DNA of 63,041 bases, the filler included, from Craspedostauros australis (Eukaryota), in NCBI GenBank assembly GCA_030167865.1. It is 22 parts of 22 records of this genome, joined end to end, with 100 filler letters (N's around TTAATTAATTAA, not from the genome) between each part and the next. Parts side by side here need not be neighbours in the genome. Positions count along the whole stretch, not along the records: positions 45,533 to 57,225 come from JALAGF010000671.1; 21 more parts are not named here. One strand, given 5' to 3'. Shown in pieces: positions 45,749 through 55,686 of the stretch (its first letter is position 1; every line of letters begins with the position of its first letter). Both the position numbers and the translations under genes were made by a program. The notes under the pieces are model-generated. The model saw only the letters and a list, made by a program, of their open reading frames with translations. It had not been told where the DNA came from and did no database searches.

Positions 45749-48229
45749 ATGGATCGCAAACAGCAAGCGAAGAAGACCACAAAGCAGGTCCGCATCGTAA
45801 TCGACAAAGCTGTTGACGATATGGAAGTCGAAGCAACAACCAACGAAGCACAAGCCCAACAGACAAAGCCACCGCCAGAGCCAGATCCGAAAGCAAACGA
45901 AGCAGCAGAGCTGGAGAAACAAGGATGGATAGCCACTGCATGGCAAACTCCCAACGCTTCTCGTTGGAAAAAACTTCCGTTGAGTGTCATCACGCAAGCC
46001 AAAGGGTACACATCAGAGGAGGTCTTTGGGGAAACGGGACGGTCGCTCCACGACAAGGCGAAGCAAGTGCTAACCCTGAAAGCCCTGTGGGAAGGCAACG
46101 ACACCTCGTTTGTCTCGGCAATGGTCCCCTCCGTCAAAGAGATCACCGAGTTTTTCCAAGCTGTGATGGACAGCAGAATCACAAAACTTGGGAAGGCAAA
46201 AATCTCTCCGGATGACCCCAAACGAACAGGAGTCAAACAGATGATAGCAGACCTGTCTCTCACAGACCCTCGCAAATGCTTTGGCCCGTCGCCACAAGGG
46301 GAGCACCAGAAGACGATGGCGAATCAGATGACGATCATGTGGGCAGCAGCAGTCAACTACATGGGCAGCCAATATCCTGAAGAATTGAGCCCACCGGAGG
46401 TTGATTCAGCAGCGGAGCCCATGGAGGAAGATAGCAACGACAGCAGCCACGACCTTGAGGCGCTTATCACTAAGCGACCCCTGCGTCAATCGAATCTCAC
46501 GGCTTTCACGACCACAGTCAAGGAGGGAAAATCCAAGCGACCCAAAACTGTCAAAGCCCCTGCAGCGGCAGCACTTCCAAATCCTAATCAGACCTCTGAT
46601 CAACCTGACGCACCTGGGGAATCTGAAGATGACGCCGCCAAAAAGCAAGGGTGGACGACAGTGGAGGCCAGGGAGACGCAGATCGGCAACATCAAGCGAC
46701 GACACTACGAAAGATTTGAAATGCGCTTGAAGATCCCGAAAGGGTCTCGCACGCCAGTCCGGGATTTTCAGGCAAGATTCGCACAATGGTGGGAGGAGGC
46801 CAAAGACATGGACAAGAGCCTCGTCATACGCCCATGGTACAAGAAGAACAAGAAGAAAGGATGCATCTCGACAACGGAAGGAGTCCCAACCCAATGGAAG
46901 GACCTCAGAGTCTACGTGGGAAAGGCAAATCCAAGCTCAAGGAGCGAGGATGTGTACATGCAGATTCTGCTGGCATCCAATGTCGACATGCAAGTCTTTA
47001 CCAGCAGGAGCAACGAGATGGAAGGATCCTACACAGAAGGAGAATATGCCTACATCCAAGACCTAAGGGATGCGGAGCACATCACCGAAATCGGATTCAT
47101 GGCGTACTCAGGAAACTTCACGAAGGCGAAGCAAACTCTCGAAATCATCAACCAACTACTGGAGGAAAGCAGAGCAAAGATCAAGGTGGGAGGAAGAGTC
47201 AAATTCATCGGAAAAGTACAGGAGGATGTCCAAGACGAGCATAGAGCCAATGGAGGAAGCTGGTACAACGCGCCTTGGATGGCGCTACACATCCACGCCG
47301 ATGTCAAAGACGCTCGACGGGCATCCAAAATGCTTGGTCAAATCTTCAACAAAAGAGACGCGCATCGTGGGGGGCTGAACTACCGCTACGTCCCCAAACC
47401 GGGAACATCCGTCATGGGAGCCAAGACCGCCACCAAGGTGAAGGCCATGATCAAGAAACACCAGCGCTACGTACGACAGCTCAAGTACGAACAGCTCAAG
47501 GGAGACTTCTCGCTCGATGAAAAAGATCCGGAGACCAAGCAAATCACTCTGCGACAATTTCTGGCAAAGCAAACCAAAGAGGGGTGCCCTCTCATCCACG
47601 ATGTGAGCACGACGCACATGGCAGATGGCAAGGAAGACGCCATACACATCGTCGCATTTGGTGAACGATTCCCGGAAGCAGTCGGGATCATACACACCAT
47701 TGCCGTCCGCTGTGCCACGGAGATCAACGAGTCAACCAACGCGTGGTTCTCAGACGACATCGTCGAGATGAGCTGTCTCATGCAGAAAGATGACAGTGGA
47801 GACTACGTTGATGCCGAAATGGAGCTGGAGATGGATTTCCTGCTTGATGAAGGCTTCGGCGAAGTGCAAATCGACGGCATGGGAATGATGGACGACGACC
47901 AAGAGCCCTCGCCAAGGAGAAAGAAGCCAAGGCTAGAGGATGAGTCGGTCTACACGTTCACCACTGAACTTGGCAAATCAGCAGCATCGTCACGATACAC
48001 CCAACCAGACTCACAGACAGAGGCAGAGGAAATCGAAAATGAACTGGAGGCAGTCATGAGAGAAGCAAGGAAAGACCAAGAGGCGGAACGCAATCGTAAG
48101 AGAGTGCAAGAACAATCAAACGAGATCGCCAACAAAGATTCCATCATCGCAGCGCTGCGCGCCCAGCTACAGGCGTCCGGCTCGGCTCCCCCCGACTCAA
48201 GCAAAGAAGGGGGCGCAACCAATGAATAA
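45749..48229 (+). CDS. ORF1 of the non-LTR element (826 aa from the first ATG)
   Basis: Long ORF preceding pol with a C-terminal coiled-coil-like segment. Overlaps ORF2 by 8 nt (ATGAATAA). Confidence 0.9.
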   Translation: MDRKQQAKKTTKQVRIVIDKAVDDMEVEATTNEAQAQQTKPPPEPDPKANEAAELEKQGWIATAWQTPNASRWKKLPLSVITQAKGYTSEEVFGETGRSLHDKAKQVLTLKALWEGNDTSFVSAMVPSVKEITEFFQAVMDSRITKLGKAKISPDDPKRTGVKQMIADLSLTDPRKCFGPSPQGEHQKTMANQMTIMWAAAVNYMGSQYPEELSPPEVDSAAEPMEEDSNDSSHDLEALITKRPLRQSNLTAFTTTVKEGKSKRPKTVKAPAAAALPNPNQTSDQPDAPGESEDDAAKKQGWTTVEARETQIGNIKRRHYERFEMRLKIPKGSRTPVRDFQARFAQWWEEAKDMDKSLVIRPWYKKNKKKGCISTTEGVPTQWKDLRVYVGKANPSSRSEDVYMQILLASNVDMQVFTSRSNEMEGSYTEGEYAYIQDLRDAEHITEIGFMAYSGNFTKAKQTLEIINQLLEESRAKIKVGGRVKFIGKVQEDVQDEHRANGGSWYNAPWMALHIHADVKDARRASKMLGQIFNKRDAHRGGLNYRYVPKPGTSVMGAKTATKVKAMIKKHQRYVRQLKYEQLKGDFSLDEKDPETKQITLRQFLAKQTKEGCPLIHDVSTTHMADGKEDAIHIVAFGERFPEAVGIIHTIAVRCATEINESTNAWFSDDIVEMSCLMQKDDSGDYVDAEMELEMDFLLDEGFGEVQIDGMGMMDDDQEPSPRRKKPRLEDESVYTFTTELGKSAASSRYTQPDSQTEAEEIENELEAVMREARKDQEAERNRKRVQEQSNEIANKDSIIAALRAQLQASGSAPPDSSKEGGATNE

Positions 48230-51200
48230 TGCACGGCTGGGGGCAGGCGAAGCATCGTCAACCACCCCCGCAAGCCAAATGGATGCAACCCCGGAGGGGA
48301 CGCGCCAGGATGGGCAAAACCTCCAGGACAAGCATTGGGGAGACTCCACGGCGACAAAGGGCCACTCGATACTGAGAATAGCAGCCCTAAACGTGGGATG
48401 CCTCCAAAGCGAGTCCAACCATTGGAAAAACCGAGACATGTGGCAATGGATTAAGCAGATGAAGATTGACGTAACACTCCTGTCGGAAATCGGCATCAAC
48501 TGGTCGAAGATGGGAGGAACCACGTCTTGGAGCACAGCAGCGAAGCAACACGTGCACACCGAAAGACATGCCCTCTCCTACAATGAGCACGAACAATACG
48601 GGAGTCGACGACAGTGGGGAGGCACAGCATGCACGACTACGGGACTCTCATCAGGCAGGGTCATGGCGCAAGAGACAGATCCAAAGCGATTGGGCAGATG
48701 GGCCAGCCTCACCATGAGAGGGAAGAAAGGCACAACAGTGCGAATGGTCAGCGTCTATGTCCCATCGAAAGGCGGGAAAAGCGCAGGCACGGTGTACAAC
48801 CAGCAAGCATCGTGGCTGGAATCACAAGGCAACACCACACCACCAATCAAGCAACTCATACAGGACCTAGAGGAGGCTCTGCAAGAATGGAGAAGCGCAG
48901 GAGAGACAATCGTGATCGGCGGCGATATCAACATGCAGGTCGACAGGTCTCAAATGGCCGAGATGATGAAGCGCCAGGGCATGCGGGAGGCCATATTGAG
49001 CCGACACCCCAACGCTCCAGGCATATCTACCAACATCCGGGCGCAATCAGATCGGGTCATAGACGGCCTATGGGTGTCAAAGTCACTGAGCATCATAAGG
49101 GCAGGCTACAGCGCATTTGGACCGTGGGATCACCGCACCGCATGGGTGGAGGTCACATCGGAGTCCATCTTCGGCACGCAAAGCAAGCCCACACCAACAT
49201 TCAGCGGTCGCAGAGTGCAGCTCAACCGGCCCAACACGGTGTCTCGCTACCAGGAGCAGCTACGCAAGCAATACCAAGCCAAACAAATAGGGCTGAGAGT
49301 GCAACGTCTACGGCAGGCGACAGTCGCAGGCGAGCGTCTCACAGAGGAGCAAATCGCGGAGGCCGAATCAATCGATGCAGACAGGACACACATGATGCTG
49401 AATGCTGAGAAAAGAGCGCGGCGAATATTCCTGGGAAATGTCCCATTCTCTCCCGAGATAAAGCGCAAAGCAATGGAGAAGCAATTCTGGGATCTGGCGT
49501 GGAAGAAACGTCAAGGGAAAACCGTGAGCTCCAGGTGGTACAACCGGGCCAAAAAGAAGGCAAACCTGAGCATACGCACCGCGACACTATCCACGGAAGA
49601 AATACAAGAGCGGCATAAGCGAGCACACCAGCTCTGGAAGAACGCCAAACGCAACGCGGCGGAATACCGGAAAACATTTCTGGAAGAAAGGGCCGAAGAA
49701 GTAGCTCGCGCAGGAAAGACAACAGTGGCCGCGGCGCTGTCCAACATCGTCCAACGAGAGGAGGTGGTGCAAACGTTCCAGGCCATCCGCAGAGTGACAG
49801 GCAGCTACGACGCCAACGGCAAGGTGGCACTGGTCATCGCAACGAACGAGAATGGCGAGGAAGAAGTTTATGACACCGAGCAGGCCGTGATAAAGCAGTG
49901 TATGAAGGCCAACGAAGCCAAATACAGGCAGGCCTACATAACACCGCTGCAAGCACGGAGATTCGAGCAGGACGTACAACAGCACGGGGCAACACGGGCC
50001 CGCCAGCAGCACCAGCACCAGCTTGGCCTGTATGACAACATGCTGATGGATCAGCTTCTGTCCGGTCATCCCGTCCCATGGCCAGCCGAATTTCAACGCA
50101 TCACCGTGGAGAGCCACCAGGCATTGTGGTCCAAAGCCCGCGAGCGCACCACGTCGGGGCCGTCTGGACTGCACTTCGGCCTCTGGAAGGCCAATGCGAA
50201 GGATGATCAACTGGCTGAAGTGGACGCAGCAATGAGAGAGATTTCTCTCCGAACTGGGTACAACTTGCAAAGGTGGTTACGGTGTGAGGATGTAACGCTG
50301 CTCAAAGAGCCCGGAAACTACAGGGTGACACGATTCCGAACCATAAGCTTGGTGGAAGGAGATTTCAATGCAAACCTAAAATGGGTGGGCAAGATCATGA
50401 TGCAACACGCGGAGCAACACGACATGCTGCCAGAGGAGCAATACGGCAGCCGGAAACAGCGAAGTGCGGCGGAAGTCAGCCTCAACAATCGCATGATCGA
50501 TGATATCGTCCGTATTACGGGAGCCACTAGCGCCATATGCTCCAACGATGCTAAGAGTTGCTACGACAGAATGGCACACAACCCACTACGGATGAGTATG
50601 AGTCGAATCGGAGTCCCGCCATGGATCAGCCACAGCGTGACCGACGCGGTTGAAGGCATGAAACATCATGTACTCACGAGCTTTGGGCGATCGCTGCGAA
50701 CGTATCCCACCAAAGGAACCAAGCTGCAGGGGTTGCTCCAAGGACTCGGAATATCCCCCGCCGGATGGGTTGCGATGAGTTCCCCGCTCATGCAGGCCAT
50801 GCAACGGCAAGGATATGGTTTCAGGACCACTAGTCCGATCTCCAGAACCACAACACGACTGGTATGTTTTTCCTTCGTCGACGACACAGATTTGATCCAC
50901 TCAGTTCGAAACGACGCATCTGATCCAAATGCATGCATTGCAGAGGTCCAAGCAGTGGTGGACTCATGGGAGGGTATGCTCCGGGCGACCGGGGGAGCTC
51001 TCGAACCGAGGAAAAGCTACTGGTATCTAATGGCATTCAGTTGGGACGGAGAGCGATGGCGTTACAAAACAGTGGAGGAGCAGCCAGGCGAGATCAGCAT
51101 CAGACAACCAGACAGCAACGACAAATCACAACTACAACGGCTGCATGTCGACCAGGCCCGAAAGGCACTGGGGGTCATGGTTAGGCACGATGGCAACCAA

Positions 51201-53852
51201 GAGAGTAACGAGGCGTACTACGTCGGTAAAGCACAACAATGGGCAGACAAAATGCGGCGAGGGAAGCTACTGCGCATGCACGCGTGGATCGCGATGAAGG
51301 CGACCATATGGAAAACGATCGAATATCCCCTGCTGAGTTCCACCTTCTCCAAGGCGGCAGCGGAGCGCATCATGCGGCCAATACTCCAAGCTGCGCTACC
51401 CGCATCTGGCATACAGCGCAACGTCTCCAGGGCACTGGTGTTCGGGGCGCCACAAGGTTTCGGTCTTGGAGTGCCGCATCTATACAATGTGCAAACAGTT
51501 CGACACATCGAGGCCATCGTTCGGCACTGGAAGACGCCCTCGCTCACTGGGAGGCTGCTACGAACGCAGGTCGAGATCCTCACACTCCAGGTAGGAATTC
51601 CTAGAGTGATGGAGATGGATTTCGACAAATGGGGCTTGCTCGCCGAGGAGTCCTGGATGAAGTCGGTGTGGGGCGAAGCTCATGAGGCGGCAATCCAGAT
51701 ACGGTACGAGACACCCATCGTCACACCGCCACGTCAGCACGACGTTCCGGTTATGGATCTCGTGATGAAGCTGGGGCTGCCCAAGTCGACGTTACGAGCA
51801 GTGAACTTGTGCAGGCAAAAGAAACAGGTTTTTTGGCTGTCAGACATTGTAAATGCAACAGGCGATGCCCTGGTCCCCAATGTGCTCGAGCCCGAGCCAA
51901 CGCAACTCAGACAATCGGTAATGAAGTGGCCAGCGATGGGTGCTGTAAGTTCGGCGAGGTGGCGACAGTGGAGACAGGTGATCAGCCAGTGCTTCTCGGC
52001 ATCTCGAACACGTGCCATCAAGTTGGAGCGACCTCTGGGAAGTTGGAGGGAGTTCTCGTCGATGAGGCCCTTGGTCTTTCGAAATGTCCGTGAGGATCGG
52101 CTATTCCATTCTTTGCTACCCGATCAACACTTTCGCAGGATACCCAGACGCCGAAGGCAGCGACAGTATGAAACAGCTGAAGGCGCCATAAGTCCAGGCC
52201 AGGAGGTGGTCGATGGGTACCAATCCCAGGGAAGAATAATGGTCATCGACTCGGGTCCAGGACTTCCGCCAGACACTCCTCCAGTGACGCAGCTCGATAC
52301 CCTCATCAACGCAATGCCGCCGTCCAAATCATGGGCAGTGTATGTTCATGACATGGTGGGTGAAGTCGATACTGTCGCCCACTCGCTGCGATGCGGTACA
52401 CTCAAGGCGTGCAGCGACGGGTCCGTAGCAGACGGGTGTGGAGCAGCGGGTGCAGTCATTCATGCCAGCCACCAAGGAGAAGAAACCAGGCTATGGCTCG
52501 CCAACAGGACCCCAGCGACAAATGAGATCATGCAATCCCACCGGGCGGAGCTCGCTGGAATCTACGGAGTGCTCGTGCTTGTCGAAGTCATCTGCGAAGC
52601 ATGCAATGTGACGCAGGGCTCGATGACTCTGGGATGTGACAATCTCAGTGCGTTGAAGGCGATCGACGGCGAATGGCATCTGTCCCCGCGATCCACCGAC
52701 GCGGATCTGCAGAGGGCGGTTCGAAGCCTCAGCCAGGGTCTTCCAATTGCAGTCACAGGGAAGCATGTCAAAGGGCACCAGGATGACGCAGCGGAATGGA
52801 CAACTCTCGACGATTGGGCGAAGCTCAATATTGAGGCCGACAAACTGGCGGGCTCGGCTCGCGTGTCTCTTCCGGAGGCGTGCGTCTATGCCGGAGCTAT
52901 CTACGGAGAGCGGGTGTCCATCCACAGCAGGTGCAAATTGACAACGATTCGGTATGACAGCATCTTTGGACGATCCACTGCTGGTGCGGCGATCGAGGTC
53001 CTGACAGCGCGGAAAGTAGTCGACCAAGGGGAGCCAGTCCATTGGAGCGCGGTCGCAGGAGGCCTCCGGTCTCTCGATCACACCAAACGCATTCTCACTT
53101 TCAAGCTAGTGACAGGAGAGGCAGCGACAGGCCAACGCATGAAGCAGTGGGGCCTGCGCGACTCCGATAAGTGTCCCAATTGTGGGGAACCGGAGAGCAG
53201 CGCGCATTTCTGGGAATGCAAAGATCCCGTCAGAGTCCAAGCGGCCAGCCGACACGTCAAGGATATCCGGAGTTGGATGCAGCGATACCCCACCAGCCCA
53301 GGGGTCACGCAAGCCATAATCTCGGCACTTCGCAGTCAAATCAGCGGCACAGTCTTGCTGCAGCCAACGGACATGAGCGCTGGAATGAGATCTGCCACTC
53401 AGAGTCAGGCAGCAGTGGGACGCATGGCCCTTCGGAAGGGTTTCCTGTCCGCAGAATGGCACGCACTGCAGGAGGCCTTTCTGAAGCAACAGGAAACAAG
53501 AAAGACGGCCAAAAAGTGGTCCATACAATTGGTGCGGCGCATATGGAAAATAGCATGGGAACAATGGCAGGTGCGCAACGACGCATTATTCCATCAGGAC
53601 GACTCGGCCGACGCTGAAATGGAGCAAGCGCTGCGAACACGCGTAGCTTCAATCCGGCAGCGCCTCGAGGAGTCCCCGACCAGCCACCACAGAATCATCG
53701 ACACCACCCCCGGAGAGGGCGCGTCGGTACCGCAAATCGCTGTATGGCTTGAGCAAGCTGCTCGGCTGCTTGGCGAACCAGCTGCCCACGGCACGCTGAG
53801 TCGCTGGCTACGGTACAAACAGCAAGTTCAACCATCCCAACCAAACGTTTAG
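48222..53852 (+). CDS. ORF2: AP endonuclease, reverse transcriptase, RNase H and C-terminal zinc-binding motif (1876 aa)
   Basis: APE: AALNV, LSE, IGGDIN, IDGLW, WDHR. RT: RTISL, EQYGSR, NDAKSCYD, LLQGLGISP, FVDDTDL. RNase H: CSDGS, SHRAELAGI, CDN, HVKGHQD, NIEADKLA. Zn motif: CPNCGEPESSAHFWEC. Confidence 0.97.
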   Translation: MNNARLGAGEASSTTPASQMDATPEGTRQDGQNLQDKHWGDSTATKGHSILRIAALNVGCLQSESNHWKNRDMWQWIKQMKIDVTLLSEIGINWSKMGGTTSWSTAAKQHVHTERHALSYNEHEQYGSRRQWGGTACTTTGLSSGRVMAQETDPKRLGRWASLTMRGKKGTTVRMVSVYVPSKGGKSAGTVYNQQASWLESQGNTTPPIKQLIQDLEEALQEWRSAGETIVIGGDINMQVDRSQMAEMMKRQGMREAILSRHPNAPGISTNIRAQSDRVIDGLWVSKSLSIIRAGYSAFGPWDHRTAWVEVTSESIFGTQSKPTPTFSGRRVQLNRPNTVSRYQEQLRKQYQAKQIGLRVQRLRQATVAGERLTEEQIAEAESIDADRTHMMLNAEKRARRIFLGNVPFSPEIKRKAMEKQFWDLAWKKRQGKTVSSRWYNRAKKKANLSIRTATLSTEEIQERHKRAHQLWKNAKRNAAEYRKTFLEERAEEVARAGKTTVAAALSNIVQREEVVQTFQAIRRVTGSYDANGKVALVIATNENGEEEVYDTEQAVIKQCMKANEAKYRQAYITPLQARRFEQDVQQHGATRARQQHQHQLGLYDNMLMDQLLSGHPVPWPAEFQRITVESHQALWSKARERTTSGPSGLHFGLWKANAKDDQLAEVDAAMREISLRTGYNLQRWLRCEDVTLLKEPGNYRVTRFRTISLVEGDFNANLKWVGKIMMQHAEQHDMLPEEQYGSRKQRSAAEVSLNNRMIDDIVRITGATSAICSNDAKSCYDRMAHNPLRMSMSRIGVPPWISHSVTDAVEGMKHHVLTSFGRSLRTYPTKGTKLQGLLQGLGISPAGWVAMSSPLMQAMQRQGYGFRTTSPISRTTTRLVCFSFVDDTDLIHSVRNDASDPNACIAEVQAVVDSWEGMLRATGGALEPRKSYWYLMAFSWDGERWRYKTVEEQPGEISIRQPDSNDKSQLQRLHVDQARKALGVMVRHDGNQESNEAYYVGKAQQWADKMRRGKLLRMHAWIAMKATIWKTIEYPLLSSTFSKAAAERIMRPILQAALPASGIQRNVSRALVFGAPQGFGLGVPHLYNVQTVRHIEAIVRHWKTPSLTGRLLRTQVEILTLQVGIPRVMEMDFDKWGLLAEESWMKSVWGEAHEAAIQIRYETPIVTPPRQHDVPVMDLVMKLGLPKSTLRAVNLCRQKKQVFWLSDIVNATGDALVPNVLEPEPTQLRQSVMKWPAMGAVSSARWRQWRQVISQCFSASRTRAIKLERPLGSWREFSSMRPLVFRNVREDRLFHSLLPDQHFRRIPRRRRQRQYETAEGAISPGQEVVDGYQSQGRIMVIDSGPGLPPDTPPVTQLDTLINAMPPSKSWAVYVHDMVGEVDTVAHSLRCGTLKACSDGSVADGCGAAGAVIHASHQGEETRLWLANRTPATNEIMQSHRAELAGIYGVLVLVEVICEACNVTQGSMTLGCDNLSALKAIDGEWHLSPRSTDADLQRAVRSLSQGLPIAVTGKHVKGHQDDAAEWTTLDDWAKLNIEADKLAGSARVSLPEACVYAGAIYGERVSIHSRCKLTTIRYDSIFGRSTAGAAIEVLTARKVVDQGEPVHWSAVAGGLRSLDHTKRILTFKLVTGEAATGQRMKQWGLRDSDKCPNCGEPESSAHFWECKDPVRVQAASRHVKDIRSWMQRYPTSPGVTQAIISALRSQISGTVLLQPTDMSAGMRSATQSQAAVGRMALRKGFLSAEWHALQEAFLKQQETRKTAKKWSIQLVRRIWKIAWEQWQVRNDALFHQDDSADAEMEQALRTRVASIRQRLEESPTSHHRIIDTTPGEGASVPQIAVWLEQAARLLGEPAAHGTLSRWLRYKQQVQPSQPNV

Positions 53853-54128
53853 CGGCGGCGGAGCCACCTCCTCACTGGGGTCCACATACATATACACACA
53901 GCAACGCCGAGTCCGTGCTCTCTTCCCGCCTAGCGGGAAGATTAAAGGAGGCGGAGAAAAGCGCCTACGGCGCAGATGCCACAGTGGTAATCTAATCCTT
54001 GCGTTATTTATTTATTTGATAGAACTAAGACATGAGTCATGTCGTAAGTCGAGATGGCCAGCGAAAAAGGGTTTGAAAAAAAACGGCTTCTCATAAAGCG
54101 TATTTGGGCGAGTCCGTTGAGTCGCCGC

Positions 54129-54240
54129 TTGCGTCCGGACGCAAATTGGCCCAATTTGCGTGGGGACGCAAACTGAGCGTCCAATTTGCGTGGGGACGCA
54201 AACTGAGCGTCCAATTTGCGTCCGGACGCAAGCTACGTAG
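54129..54240. repeat. Cluster of four TTGCGT-NNNN-ACGCAA palindromes (30-bp period) ending at CTACGTAG; probable DNA-transposon end
   Basis: Sites at 54129, 54156, 54186 and 54216. The outer two have a CCGG core and the inner two a GGGG core. Confidence 0.8.
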
Positions 54241-54901
54241 GCCAGTACCAGGCCAAAATCATTATGGATATCGGTGCTTCTCTATCTCCGTTACTCCAGC
54301 GATCGGGGGTATTTGCAGATGCGGATTGTGACATCACCATCTTCTTCATCATCGTTGTCGGACTCACTTCCAGGGGGAGGTCAGTTCGTGCCATCGGTGT
54401 GCTCGAATGAGACCGTCAGCTGTCACGAAGCTTCAGTTCAGCGACAGTCCGCCGGACGTGGCCCAGGGGAACACGGTAATTTGTCCACTCACGACTCCAC
54501 GAGCTCGTGATTGAGCTGAATCGAGTCGTGCTTTATGACGTAGTTCCCGTCAAGCGCTGAAGTTGCGCGCCGGGCGTGCCTGATCCCCGTTCTCGCCCGA
54601 TCCTCAATCTCGCGCTTGGTTAGTTGTGAGGTTCGCTTGTGCAAACGAGTGTCATTTTCGTGTCGTTTGGCGAACGGGCGTGATGCCGAAAACAAGTTTC
54701 AGAGTACTGCGACATGTTACATTGTGTCAATTCGGATAAATGTGTTCTTCATTTTTGGACAAGTCGCGATTTCGTGTCGCATACACATAATATGCTATCT
54801 ATTTCGATTATGTTTGAAATGTCCTACCACCAATGAAAAATAGTGTGTACAAATATACGTAGCACAAGTACCAAGTTTGGCTTTGTTTGAGTTTGTGTGT
54901 C

Positions 54902-54984
54902 GGGGGACACAGGGGGGACAGAGGGGGGACACAGGGGTACACAGGGGGGACACAGGGGGGACACAGGGGGGACACAGGGGGGAC
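54902..54984 (+). repeat. G-rich 11-bp tandem repeat (GGGGGGACACA)n with G-quadruplex potential
   Basis: Eight G4-G6 runs separated by ~5-nt loops. Confidence 0.9.
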
Positions 54985-55686
54985 ATTTTGGATGTGATCC
55001 AACGGCGAAGTTCTGTCTTGTCGTGTTGCTTGGGTTTCGTTCCACAGAAGCCATTCGTCGCGCATCTGTGCGCATGGCAAACAGCAACCACGATAATGGC
55101 GAATGAATCTGCCTGTGTTTACAATACTTAGTGGCACAAAACGTCCGAATGTCTATGCGACATCCCATGGACACAAAGGCTTNGCATCAACTTNCAAGGC
55201 TAGTACATAATGTAGATCACCTGTACTACACAGAAAAAGTACAAGCCACATCATACATGTTTGTCATAGTCTTCACAGCATGCATTTAATTAATCCATAA
55301 AATATAGTATCTAATGAAGGCAATAAGTGCCTGATTTAGTTGTAGATATGTGCATCATCCATCTGTTGGCTCCAATTCCTTGCGTTGTGGGTCGTATTCT
55401 GACCAAACCTTCATTGGAAAGGATAAATATCCTACATTATAACAAGATCAGCGCATTGAGGGCATTCCAATGGGTATAATACCAGCTTGCAAACATCTAG
55501 ATCCATCTGGAAGAGACGCTGGTAACCAAATCTGTGAATCGTANGATACNGCACGGCACGCATCACACTGTACATTCTTCTTCATATCTATGCATTCCAC
55601 AGACCGTTTGGAGCAATCCAACCATCCATATCACTCCAATCACACTCCAAAGAGTACATACATAGAGTGTGGAGTCCTAGATCCGT

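Larger units (their letters stand above)
45642..54016 (+). mobile_element. Full-length intact non-LTR retrotransposon (APE-RT-RNase H; Ambal-like), ~8.4 kb
   Basis: Perfect 17-bp TSD TGATAGAACTAAGACAT at 45625-45641 and 54017-54033. Two intact ORFs and a (TATT)n tail. Confidence 0.95.
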
